In this document: one piece after another, positions 37,665-45,765 of the stretch
Numbering within the stretch: position 1 is the first letter of the stretch
Layout of the letters: the number at the start of each line of letters is the position of its first letter
Sequence record: MN850601.1
Source: Escherichia phage inny
Reading direction: 5' to 3' (one strand)
Length of the DNA stretch: 64,000 bases
Notes under the pieces: model-generated
Seen by the model: the letters and a program-made list of their open reading frames with translations, nothing else
Database searches by the model: none
Told to the model about the DNA's origin: nothing
Position numbers and translations under genes: made by a program

Positions 37665-37955
37665 TTATAGTAAAACACGTTTTGCACTGCTTGGTGCATT
37701 GTCGAACATGTTTATCACTTTGTCAAGTTTGTGTATTAACTCGTTCGTAATGTTCCACTCTTTGTATGATCTCCATTGTTTCTTATTCTCACCTACCTGG
37801 TGTAAAACTTTGATTGGTGCATTCAAACGTACATTGCGTTCTTTGTCCTCTTCAAAAGAGGCTAACCATTTTTCGTTATGCCCATGAACAGCAATAATAA
37901 TGCCAAAACCATCAAAAGTTTCTGTAATATTCTTAGTTGCTAGTGTGATGTTCAT
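37665..37955 (-). CDS. hypothetical protein
   Basis: 96 aa; first gene of leftward block. Confidence 0.5.
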   Translation of the reverse strand: MNITLATKNITETFDGFGIIIAVHGHNEKWLASFEEDKERNVRLNAPIKVLHQVGENKKQWRSYKEWNITNELIHKLDKVINMFDNAPSSAKRVLL

Positions 37956-38014
37956 ATCTAACCTCTTTTGTTACGATGCACACAGAGTACCAGAAATTAA
38001 TTTCAGATCAAGTA

Positions 38015-38042
38015 TTGACATACTGTTTTATTGTGCTAATCT
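38015..38042 (+). promoter_or_regulatory. sigma70-like promoter (TTGACA-N16-TAATCT) at strand-switch region
   Basis: Consensus -35 with spaced -10-like hexamer about 35 nt upstream of first rightward gene. Confidence 0.4.
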
Positions 38043-38074
38043 TAATGCATACACAAATGAGAGGAGATAAACGA

Positions 38075-38626
38075 ATGCAAAACATCGATCTGACTTGGAT
38101 AGAAGCCAAAGAAGCAATGTTAAAAGGCAAACGCGTTAAACATAAATACTTCTGCGAAGGAGAATGGTTTGAAATGTGTAACCGATCCATTGTAGATGAA
38201 AAAGGGAATGACATGCAACAATGGTTCAAAAATGAAATTTGGCAGGGAACAGGTTGGTCTATAGTTGAAGAGCAGCCTAGCTCAAGCGCACTGTTTAGCC
38301 CTATTATGTATCGCGTTATCGGTGCTTTAGTTGTTGATCACGGGATTGCAGTGGAAAAAGAATGCTGGGAAGAGGTATCTTTTTTCAACCTGGCTTCTTA
38401 TGCAAAAAGCCATATGCACTTGTTTGAAGAAGGGGATGAATTTGTTCTTCGTATGCGATATGGCAAAGAATTCAGATTACCACTTGATAACGATGTAGAC
38501 ACTGTTGTAAAATGGTTAGCAGAGCATTACGCTTACGATGCAATTTGTGGTCGCAGCTTCGGCAACGAACGCTGGGACATGATTTGTGAAAAATATGATT
38601 TTGAGCCGGAGTACGGAGTTTTATAA
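38075..38626 (+). CDS. hypothetical protein
   Basis: Track ORF 37976..38626 trimmed to ATG (MQNIDLTW...) with GAGGAG SD. Confidence 0.55.
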   Translation: MQNIDLTWIEAKEAMLKGKRVKHKYFCEGEWFEMCNRSIVDEKGNDMQQWFKNEIWQGTGWSIVEEQPSSSALFSPIMYRVIGALVVDHGIAVEKECWEEVSFFNLASYAKSHMHLFEEGDEFVLRMRYGKEFRLPLDNDVDTVVKWLAEHYAYDAICGRSFGNERWDMICEKYDFEPEYGVL

Positions 38627-38877
38627 TGTTAAGTATCAAACCTAAAATGATAACAGAAGACGAAGCAGACTTTATTTTCAAATGTGGACGTGTATGGAGA
38701 GAATTCACAAAAGGGAATGAAGTGGTGGTTGTTGTCGAACACAAGATATCTATCCAGGATCTGTTTGGACAATATGTTGATGTTATTAAATTAGGTATTG
38801 ACAAGGGTTTAGTTGAGGTGTTAACATTAGATCAAGTTGAAGCAGAGCACCTCGACAAAGTAGTGGTTGAATTTTAA
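38626..38877 (+). CDS. hypothetical protein
   Basis: 83 aa ORF. Confidence 0.5.
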   Translation: MLSIKPKMITEDEADFIFKCGRVWREFTKGNEVVVVVEHKISIQDLFGQYVDVIKLGIDKGLVEVLTLDQVEAEHLDKVVVEF

Positions 38878-38897
38878 AATACAGATGGGAGAAAGGT

Positions 38898-39071
38898 ATG
38901 AGTTTCTTTGTTACAGTATTTATGGCTATCTGGATTGTAGTCTCACTCGTTCTTTTCCTGGTGGGTTGTCTGGAAGAGATTAAGAAAGCGGTTATTTGCG
39001 GTTTCTTTGGCTTTATTATCTCTCCTGCCTGGATGTGGTTCTTCATTATGATTGGTTTCCTTAAAAGGTAA
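38898..39071 (+). CDS. small membrane protein (57 aa)
   Basis: Below track cut-off; GGGAGAAAGGT upstream of ATG; MSFFVTVFMAIWIVVSLVLFLVGCLEE... Confidence 0.4.
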   Translation: MSFFVTVFMAIWIVVSLVLFLVGCLEEIKKAVICGFFGFIISPAWMWFFIMIGFLKR

Positions 39072-39085
39072 GTGAGGAATAAAGA

Positions 39086-39523
39086 ATGAGTAAAACAAAC
39101 GCAATCGCAGATAAAGCAACTGATGTACTTCTGAACATGGTTAACGTCACTATTCAAACAATGAGTGATGTTGTAGAGTTTGGAAAACAACAAATTCCAG
39201 AAGTAATTCATCAATTATTAATGTGGAAAGCAGTATCCGCAGGTTTATGGCAACTTTTTAGTATTTGCTTTATGTTTATTACTTTTATTGTTGTGCGGAA
39301 CCTCATAAAAGCAATTAAAGATAAAGAATGTCTGTGGTCACGAGATCGCTATGGTGAGGTATCTGCTTTGCCTATTGTTGGTCTTGTTGTCTGTGCTTTC
39401 TTTTTCTTTTTAGGATTTGTTATTTTCTTTTCGAATTTCGATTGGCTAAAAATTATTATTGCACCAAAAGTGTATCTGATTGAATTTGCTGCTGATTTAA
39501 TTCGTTCATCTCAACAAAGATAA
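39086..39523 (+). CDS. membrane protein (two TM helices)
   Basis: 145 aa; GAGGAA SD; hydrophobic segments. Confidence 0.55.
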   Translation: MSKTNAIADKATDVLLNMVNVTIQTMSDVVEFGKQQIPEVIHQLLMWKAVSAGLWQLFSICFMFITFIVVRNLIKAIKDKECLWSRDRYGEVSALPIVGLVVCAFFFFLGFVIFFSNFDWLKIIIAPKVYLIEFAADLIRSSQQR

Positions 39524-39535
39524 AAGGGGTTTAAA

Positions 39536-40663
39536 ATGAAATACACGATTTATGGTGATATTGTAAGTGTAAATAAAGATATGGGCGTGGAATCTAACTA
39601 TCTTCCACCTGGATTCTATACTGTTAGTCGTGATCCCCTTGGCAATTACTTTTTAAGCCGTGGTAATCTAACAGGTGTACCGGATGTTCTGTATGGTGAA
39701 ACAGAAAAACGAGCAAATCACGTTATTCGTACATTCCATCGCCGGAGTGCACAAGGTAAAAACACAGGTTTGCTCCTGACAGGCACTAAGGGCAGTGGTA
39801 AAACTATGTTAGCCAAACTCATTAGTCGTGACCTTGTAGAAGAAGGTATTCCAACTATTATGGTTACTCAAGCCTACAGCGATGCTAATTTCATTGAACT
39901 TATTAGCAAGATCACCGACAAAGCAGTGATTATTTTTGACGAGTTTGATAAAGTATATGAGAAGAAACAAGATCAAGAAGCACTTCTCACTTTGTTAGAT
40001 GGTACTGGCAGTGGTAATAAACTGTTTATTCTAACTAAAAACAGTGGCTTTATCTCTGAATTCTTTCTAAATCGTCCTAGTCGTGTGTTTTATAATTTTA
40101 ATTATGATAAAATCTCACTAGAAACTATGATTGACTATTTAGATAAAAACCTGGATAACAAAGCACACTTTGATAATTTCCAAAGGCTTTGGGATGTAAG
40201 TTTAGAGTTGTCCTTTGATGTGATCCAAGGTATAGTAGAAGAACTTAATTTCTACCCTGATTTATCCTTTAAAGAATGCATCTCTATGATGGGCGTTTCT
40301 TTGGGTGGTGGTAATAAGTGGGATATCAGCAGCGTTGTTATTAATGGGAAACTTCAGAAAGTTAGCTGGGTATCTAGTTGGCATAACTTCACACCTGCAA
40401 TCTTTTTAGGTGGCTCGTGCACACTAGACGTGTACTTGTCATCTCCAAGTGATGCAGACTCTAAAGAAGCCCTTGCTAATAGCTCTTACGTGGTTTTTGA
40501 TGATGAAGGAGATGCTCGAATTCCATTGAATGCGACAAAAATGAAAGCAGATCTTATTACAGGCGGTAAAATCGTTGTGTTTAGTGATGATCCAGAAGAT
40601 TCTTTCCGTATTGTTCTGGAACCAACTATCACCAATGGTGCAACTTTGGCAAGCGTGTTTTAA
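39536..40663 (+). CDS. AAA+ ATPase (classic AAA clade), paralog of 22830..23990
   Basis: 375 aa; Walker A GTKGSGKT, Walker B IIFDEFDK, LLTLLDG, FLNRPSRVFYNF. Confidence 0.75.
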   Translation: MKYTIYGDIVSVNKDMGVESNYLPPGFYTVSRDPLGNYFLSRGNLTGVPDVLYGETEKRANHVIRTFHRRSAQGKNTGLLLTGTKGSGKTMLAKLISRDLVEEGIPTIMVTQAYSDANFIELISKITDKAVIIFDEFDKVYEKKQDQEALLTLLDGTGSGNKLFILTKNSGFISEFFLNRPSRVFYNFNYDKISLETMIDYLDKNLDNKAHFDNFQRLWDVSLELSFDVIQGIVEELNFYPDLSFKECISMMGVSLGGGNKWDISSVVINGKLQKVSWVSSWHNFTPAIFLGGSCTLDVYLSSPSDADSKEALANSSYVVFDDEGDARIPLNATKMKADLITGGKIVVFSDDPEDSFRIVLEPTITNGATLASVF

Positions 40664-40679
40664 GTAAGCCAGCAAATAA

Positions 40680-40702
40680 AAACCCGCTCCGGCGGGTTTT
40701 CT
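40680..40702 (+). terminator. rho-independent terminator
   Basis: AAACCCGC-TCCG-GCGGGTTT followed by TCTTG, 17 nt after ATPase stop. Confidence 0.6.
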
Positions 40703-40737
40703 TGTATTGATGCCAGATTTAATAAGAGGAGTAATAG

Positions 40738-41910
40738 ATGACAGCACCAAAATCATGGGAACAATATAAAGAAGAATTAACACCCCTTGCTAAAAATCGC
40801 AATATTCAAATCCGGGGTTATGTTGGTGAATGGAAAGGGAACAAGACTAAACTTAAGCTATCTTGCCCTAAACATGGAGAGTGGAACACCACGAACATTA
40901 ATGATTTTAAGAAGGGACGTGGTTGTCCTATCTGTTCTGGTAAGAAGCCGTTAACATGGGAAACAGAATTGCCGATCTTGGAAGAGATAGCACAGAAGAG
41001 GGGGTATCAGGTGTTAGGGTACGTGGGAGAATGGAAAGGGAATAAAACAAAACTTGATTTGTTGTGTCATTGTGGTAATAAATGGGATACTACAAGTATT
41101 AACAATTTTAAACGTGGTAGCGGTTGTCCACAATGTAAGAGGGAGAGACAAACAATGTCCGACGATCAACATATTGCAGATTTCTTTTCTACAGGGGAAT
41201 TTAAGGAAGGCACTATCTTCACCAATACAGGGAAACGTAACAAGCGTGATGCAGTATGGATGGTTGAGTGTCCTGTTTGCTCCCATGATGAATATGTTCA
41301 AGCAGGTGTTTGTGATGGTAAATTTTACTCTGCAGGACATAACCTTAAACAAGGGTATATTCCGTGTCGTTGTGGGAACTATCAGTATACAGAAGACCAG
41401 ATCACCTATAGGGTAAAAAAGGAAGTAGAAGGGAAAGGGTATGTCTGGGTAGATTGGATTACCAAACCCTCTTCTATAGGTAAGTTTAAATATCTTTGTC
41501 TTGTGCATGGTGAGCAGATAGGGAGTGCTCGTAATTTATTAAGCCTCGGTCAAGGTTGTCCACAGTGTGCTGGTCATAATCAACAGCAATTATATATTAA
41601 TATTGTTAAAGATAATGATATTATAGTTGCTCTTAAGTTTGGTATATCTAAAGATAGCGATAGACGATTAAACGGTCAAAATAGCCGTAATCTGTTTTTT
41701 ATGGAGCGTATTTGTTTATATGATTTTAGCACAGTGAAACAATGTAGGGCTGCTGAAAGAGCTATAAAGAAAAAATTAAAAACTGGTATTTTAACGGCAA
41801 GAGAGTTGAAAGATGGTTATACAGAAACAGTAAGTGTTTCTGATTTGGAAAATCTTCAAAAAATTATTACACAATATGGTGGCAAATTAGTATACAGTAA
41901 GGAGATGTAA
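40738..41910 (+). CDS. multi-zinc-ribbon repeat protein (possible nucleic-acid-binding/nuclease)
   Basis: 390 aa; four repeats of GYVGEWKGNKTKL...W.TT.IN.FK.G.GCP.C type; CxxC pairs. Confidence 0.55.
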   Translation: MTAPKSWEQYKEELTPLAKNRNIQIRGYVGEWKGNKTKLKLSCPKHGEWNTTNINDFKKGRGCPICSGKKPLTWETELPILEEIAQKRGYQVLGYVGEWKGNKTKLDLLCHCGNKWDTTSINNFKRGSGCPQCKRERQTMSDDQHIADFFSTGEFKEGTIFTNTGKRNKRDAVWMVECPVCSHDEYVQAGVCDGKFYSAGHNLKQGYIPCRCGNYQYTEDQITYRVKKEVEGKGYVWVDWITKPSSIGKFKYLCLVHGEQIGSARNLLSLGQGCPQCAGHNQQQLYINIVKDNDIIVALKFGISKDSDRRLNGQNSRNLFFMERICLYDFSTVKQCRAAERAIKKKLKTGILTARELKDGYTETVSVSDLENLQKIITQYGGKLVYSKEM

Positions 41911-42462
41911 ATGCGGATTACTGATAAGTATGTGTTCTTCTTCTCGGCAAAAGATGAATTTAGCAACTGGTATCTATCATCTTTTATTGAACCTTTAGCT
42001 CCCAAGTATAATAATTCTATTACAAGTTCTGTTGAATTTACTTGTGTGGAACAATATATGATGTGGAGAAAAGCATGTTTGTTTTATGATTACAACATTG
42101 CATCTTCTATTTTAACCGGAGATCTAAGATATACAGGAGAAAAAGAACAGGCATATTATAAGCGACTAGGTAGATTAGTTAAAGATTACGATGAAGCTAC
42201 TTGGACTTCTTTACGGGAGAAGATTGTCAAGCGTGGTTTGTATCTTAAATACACACAAAATGAAGATCTCAAAAATAAACTTATCGCTTACGCAGATAAG
42301 GAGTTCGTAGAGGCAAGCCCTTATGATTCTATTTATGGTATCAAAATGGGAATGTGGGATCGTGATGTGGAAAATAAGGACTGTTGGAAAGGACAAAATC
42401 TTTTAGGAAAATGGCATACAGACCTTGCTGTTTATCTAAAAGCACAATCTGATATTTCCTGA
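41911..42462 (+). CDS. NADAR (YbiA-like, DUF1768) domain protein
   Basis: 183 aa; FFFSAKDEFSNWY, FTCVEQYMMWRKA, EASPYDSIYGIKMG, WKGQNLLGKW align with YbiA as recalled. Confidence 0.7.
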   Translation: MRITDKYVFFFSAKDEFSNWYLSSFIEPLAPKYNNSITSSVEFTCVEQYMMWRKACLFYDYNIASSILTGDLRYTGEKEQAYYKRLGRLVKDYDEATWTSLREKIVKRGLYLKYTQNEDLKNKLIAYADKEFVEASPYDSIYGIKMGMWDRDVENKDCWKGQNLLGKWHTDLAVYLKAQSDIS

Positions 42463-42678
42463 TATTTTGAAAATTTTTATTTTTATAAAAAGGGGTGTGG
42501 GTTTCATGTACGGAAATCCACCCTCTGAATAATATATCCAGAGTAAATATTATTCTGTACTCTGTTAATAAAGTATTTAATTTGTTTGTTTGACTATGGT
42601 ATCTGATCTTTAAAAGACATACTATCTCTTAACTACTACTTATAACAGAACAGTAAAATCATTTTTATAAAAAGTACA

Positions 42679-42885
42679 AAATTATTTAAAGTTTTTACAG
42701 ATTTTTGGGTACAAATTTTGAAAATGAAAAGTTCAAGTTTGGTCAAAATTATTTAAAGTTTTTGTACGTATTTCTGTCCAGATTTTGAAAATGAAAACTT
42801 CAATTTTTTAAAAATTCCCCAGTTTATTTAAAGTTTTTTTGCCTTTTTCCGTAGAAAAATCAAAAATGAAAAGTTCAATTTCGTG
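42679..42885. repeat. three tandem copies of a ~66-bp unit (ATTTAAAGTTTTT ... TTTGAAAATGAAAAGTTCAA)
   Basis: Direct repeats seen at about 42679, 42746, 42811. Confidence 0.7.
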
Positions 42886-42899
42886 TTTTTATAGGTGTG

Positions 42900-43015
42900 T
42901 TAATGAGAATCATTTTCGTTTGTAAATGAGAATCATTATCATTTAACTATGTAAGTGATAATCATTCTCAGTAAGAGAATGAGAATCATTAGCAAATGAG
43001 AATTTTCTCATTTAG
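42900..43015. promoter_or_regulatory. cluster of five ATGAGAATCATT-type palindromic boxes (Fur-box-like)
   Basis: atgagaatcatt x2, gtgataatcattctca, aatgagaatcatt, aatgagaattttctcatt; ATGAGAATCATTATC matches 14/15 of the Fur consensus core. Confidence 0.45.
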
Positions 43016-43244
43016 AGAATAACGCGCAGGGGCGGTGTTTGTCTCGCGCTCCCGTGTCCCCTCGCCATACAATAAGAATAGCATAACCAACAACAAAAGC
43101 AAGCGATTATTTTTATCTTTACATTTCTTTACAAATTTATTTTAGACGAGCTACCGGCGATCAACCTTCCAACCAGTGCCCCCTGGTATGTTAGCCCCGC
43201 CTTTACGCCGTGGGGGTGGCGTTTCCTCTTCTGTATGTAAAACA

Positions 43245-43272
43245 GTATAAGCCCGATCCCTGGGCTTGTCAA
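43245..43272 (-). promoter_or_regulatory. orphan sigma70-like promoter (TTGACA-N17-TATACT) reading leftward into GC-rich non-coding DNA
   Basis: Reverse complement of tgtcaa...agtata; no ORF with plausible start downstream. Confidence 0.35.
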
Positions 43273-43274
43273 GA

Positions 43275-43541
43275 TTATTTTTTGTTTTCTTGCCAGGATA
43301 GGACACCTAACCAAAAATACATGTCGCCCCGCGCCCCTGGCGGGATCTTGCTTTCCCCGCCGCCACTACAAGCCCATAGATAACCATTAGCGAACGGATC
43401 AAAATGATCTATTTCTTCCACCTTATGATCGCCCAGGTTGAGAACGGTTTCAACCTTTAAGCCCGTTGCGCTTGCTACCTGGTGCACCGTGCCGCCTTGC
43501 CAGCCTAATGAGTGCATGAGGTGTAGAGTAGTATTTGTCAT
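43275..43541 (-). CDS. hypothetical protein
   Basis: 88 aa; led on minus strand by hairpin + CATCAAAGAAAGGG RBS like the rightward cassettes. Confidence 0.5.
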   Translation of the reverse strand: MTNTTLHLMHSLGWQGGTVHQVASATGLKVETVLNLGDHKVEEIDHFDPFANGYLWACSGGGESKIPPGARGDMYFWLGVLSWQENKK

Positions 43542-43544
43542 GGT

Positions 43545-43640
43545 ATCGCCCTTTCTTTGATGTGCGCCCTGGTTGGCGCGGTAGAAAGATAATAGCCCTT
43601 TCCTTTATAGATAGCAAGCAAAAAAAAGAAATGAAAAAAA
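43545..43640 (-). promoter_or_regulatory. promoter + stem-loop cassette (minus-strand copy)
   Basis: On minus strand: TTGCTT-N17-TATTAT, then hairpin GCGCC-N6-GGCGC, then ACATCAAAGAAAGGG. Confidence 0.4.
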
Positions 43641-43664
43641 GATTAAAAAAGGGGTTGACGTTCC

Positions 43665-43693
43665 TCACCTGGTAGCGTATTATTCATCTTGTC
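43665..43693 (+). promoter_or_regulatory. sigma70-like promoter (TTGACG-N17-TATTAT)
   Basis: Divergent from minus-strand cassette. Confidence 0.4.
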
Positions 43694-43810
43694 GAGGGGG
43701 GCGAGGCACAACGACAATAAACAAAAGGAGGGCGCAATGTAGGACGGGCAAAGGTGAGGATCTCCATAATCCACCGTCACAATAACATTACTTATAAAAG
43801 GTTGATAACG

Positions 43811-43906
43811 ATGATCAAGAAAGAAAACAGCTTGACGGTTGGAACGATTAACGCTATCATTCTTGCCGTTCCATTTTGGATTGTAGTTGCGGTTATTATT
43901 TTTTAA
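43811..43906 (+). CDS. tiny hydrophobic peptide (31 aa), speculative
   Basis: MIKKENSLTVGTINAIILAVPFWIVVAVIIF; weak SD. Confidence 0.25.
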   Translation: MIKKENSLTVGTINAIILAVPFWIVVAVIIF

Positions 43907-43914
43907 AAATATTC

Positions 43915-43970
43915 TTGACAACGTTTTTTAATCTGATAAGATGTATCACATAGGGCGGCAATAGTGCCGC
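43915..43970 (+). promoter_or_regulatory. early promoter + 5' stem-loop cassette
   Basis: TTGACA-N16-TAAGAT, then CATAGG + hairpin GCGGCA-ATAG-TGCCGC. Confidence 0.55.
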
Positions 43971-43994
43971 TCATAACAGAAGAGAGAAATAATC

Positions 43995-44267
43995 ATGGCA
44001 TCATATAGCGCATCAATGATCGTAATGGGCATCACTGGTAAACCTATGCGCGGTGGCGGATCTTTCGCTAACATCAATATTGATGGGCGTTTATCCCTGG
44101 ATGCAGCGATCACCGTGGCACGGGAAACATTTAAAAAAGAATGTAATTTCAATAAACAAGATTATCTCGGTTTCGCTATTGAAAAAACCGCGCGATTTGT
44201 GGATTATAAAAGCCCGAAAATGATCGACACTACACTAAAAGCGCAAGATGTAGCGTTTTTGCTTTAA
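43995..44267 (+). CDS. hypothetical protein
   Basis: 90 aa; follows cassette. Confidence 0.55.
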   Translation: MASYSASMIVMGITGKPMRGGGSFANINIDGRLSLDAAITVARETFKKECNFNKQDYLGFAIEKTARFVDYKSPKMIDTTLKAQDVAFLL

Positions 44268-44269
44268 GT

Positions 44270-44330
44270 CTTGACACTGAAAAATAATTTGGTAATATAT
44301 ACTCCATAAGGCGGGAAATGGTTTCCCGCC
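44270..44330 (+). promoter_or_regulatory. early promoter + 5' stem-loop cassette
   Basis: TTGACA-N16-TAATAT, hairpin GGCGGGAAA-TGG-TTTCCCGCC, then CATCAAAGAAAGGG. Confidence 0.55.
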
Positions 44331-44355
44331 AGGCCATCAAAGAAAGGGTAACACA

Positions 44356-44718
44356 ATGAGCAAGCAAATCAATACTATCATGTTAAACCTGGTATCTTTC
44401 CGCGACGACGTGAAAAATCTTCCACGTGATGCAGTGGATGCACGGATCGAAAGCTATCGCTCACAGATCGCAACGCTACCGCTAAAACGTGATCAACATG
44501 CCGCTAATATGATGCTTAATGCTATGCTTAAAAAGATGATTCAATGTGATCTTACCCTGGCTTATGAATATGCTGGCGATCTCTTTGTAACATATAGCAA
44601 GCCCGTACCAGGTATGAGCACAACGGAAGAATTGCATGCCTTAAATCTGCGACAAGATGCATGGGATAACATGCGCCGTGTTATGGTATGGGTAGAAAGC
44701 GGTAAAATTTACGAATAA
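44356..44718 (+). CDS. hypothetical protein
   Basis: 120 aa; follows cassette. Confidence 0.55.
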   Translation: MSKQINTIMLNLVSFRDDVKNLPRDAVDARIESYRSQIATLPLKRDQHAANMMLNAMLKKMIQCDLTLAYEYAGDLFVTYSKPVPGMSTTEELHALNLRQDAWDNMRRVMVWVESGKIYE

Positions 44719-44724
44719 AAACGG

Positions 44725-44778
44725 TTGACATTGCACTAAAACCTGATAAGCTATCTTAAAGCGGGAATAGTTCCCGCT
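44725..44778 (+). promoter_or_regulatory. early promoter + 5' stem-loop cassette
   Basis: TTGACA-N16-TAAGCT, hairpin GCGGGAA-TAG-TTCCCGC. Confidence 0.5.
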
Positions 44779-44796
44779 TACATAGGATAAAACTTT

Positions 44797-44943
44797 ATGA
44801 AACAATATGTAATGAGTATTCACACCAAAAACGGCGCTACTGTTACGACTCCGGCACGGTTTGCACTTGTAAACCGTTGCAAGAGACTAAAACGAGAGCT
44901 AAAAAACAACCGTGCAACGGGCTTTAAACGCTGGGGAGGATAA
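44797..44943 (+). CDS. small basic protein (about 48 aa)
   Basis: Below track cut-off; MKQYVMSIHTKNGATVTT...KRLKRELKNNRATGFKRWGG; coordinates approximate. Confidence 0.4.
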   Translation: MKQYVMSIHTKNGATVTTPARFALVNRCKRLKRELKNNRATGFKRWGG

Positions 44944-44945
44944 TC

Positions 44946-45206
44946 TTGTTTTTTCTAAAAGTTTTTGATAATGTGATCGCTTTTGAACATGCTACAACGT
45001 TCAACCTGGCGAGATACGCTATCAGGTTTAAAGATAATGTTTATCCCCGTGCTGGCGGCGGTTACACTATTTTTAATCATCGTAATGCGCAACTAACAGA
45101 TATAACGAATCCAGATCCTGGGGTGTATCGCATAGGCTGGCTACCGTCAAAAGACGCGGCAAGCATGTTTAAGGTATGTAAACTACTAACAGAAGAGGCG
45201 AACTAA
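44946..45206 (+). CDS. hypothetical protein (TTG start)
   Basis: 86 aa; GGAGGA 5 nt upstream of TTG, coupled to previous stop. Confidence 0.4.
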   Translation: MFFLKVFDNVIAFEHATTFNLARYAIRFKDNVYPRAGGGYTIFNHRNAQLTDITNPDPGVYRIGWLPSKDAASMFKVCKLLTEEAN

Positions 45207-45207
45207 C

Positions 45208-45762
45208 ATGGGGCGTGAATATGTGATCCAGTCCTGGGTAAAGCATGATGCTAATGATCCGCGCATAATACCAGATGACATGATCGATCACATGGTAGGA
45301 TATAGCGGGGAGCAGATAGGAAATCGAGCGGCAAAGAGCAACGGCAACACAAAGGCGCGATCCGTTCGCCCTGGTTGGCTGGCAAATGGTAACGCTGACA
45401 TTGCAAGCGCCGCAGATCCAAGCGATGACGCTAAAAATAATCCCTTATACAGCATTGATCCGGCTTTTAAGGTGTTAGAAGAGTATCCCGCTAAATTAGC
45501 CGCACTAGATAAGGCATACGAAGAAAAGCGCATGGCATGGACTGTATACAACACCGCTAAAATGGTGCTAGATGCAAAATTGATTAAAGCCCAGGAGAAG
45601 ATCAATAAACTTGTTGCAGTAGCGCAAGAGGAAGACCAGGACGACCAGGAGGAAGAGGAAGAAATCATGCCTACCCTGGAAGAGGAAGAGATCCAGCCAT
45701 ACATGCCGACGGAAGAGGAAAAAAGACAAGCCCTAAAAAATTATGAAAATTGTATTGTGTAA
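45208..45762 (+). CDS. hypothetical protein with strongly acidic C-terminal region
   Basis: 184 aa; QEEDQDDQEEEEEIMPTLEEEEIQPYMPTEEE. Confidence 0.55.
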   Translation: MGREYVIQSWVKHDANDPRIIPDDMIDHMVGYSGEQIGNRAAKSNGNTKARSVRPGWLANGNADIASAADPSDDAKNNPLYSIDPAFKVLEEYPAKLAALDKAYEEKRMAWTVYNTAKMVLDAKLIKAQEKINKLVAVAQEEDQDDQEEEEEIMPTLEEEEIQPYMPTEEEKRQALKNYENCIV

Positions 45763-45765
45763 GGC

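Noticed and set aside
40738-41910. Calling the zinc-ribbon repeat protein a homing endonuclease
   Set aside because: No clear HNH, GIY-YIG or LAGLIDADG catalytic motif could be identified by eye; left as hypothesis in findings.
42679-42885. Tandem repeats considered as a CRISPR array
   Set aside because: Only three imperfect AT-rich ~66-bp units with no repeat-spacer alternation and no cas genes nearby.
43129-43314. Minus-strand 61-aa ORF in GC-rich non-coding region
   Set aside because: Start lies upstream of the only candidate promoter, overlaps the end of the 43275..43541 gene, no SD; more likely non-coding.
43643-43921. Minus-strand 92-aa ORF across the divergent promoter hub
   Set aside because: Spans promoter/hairpin elements, low-complexity translation, no RBS.
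42462-43990. Looked for tRNA genes in the long non-coding region
   Set aside because: No segment shows a T-loop (GTTCRANYC) with matching acceptor-stem complementarity; the GC-rich stretch at 43030-43240 does not fold into a cloverleaf by eye.
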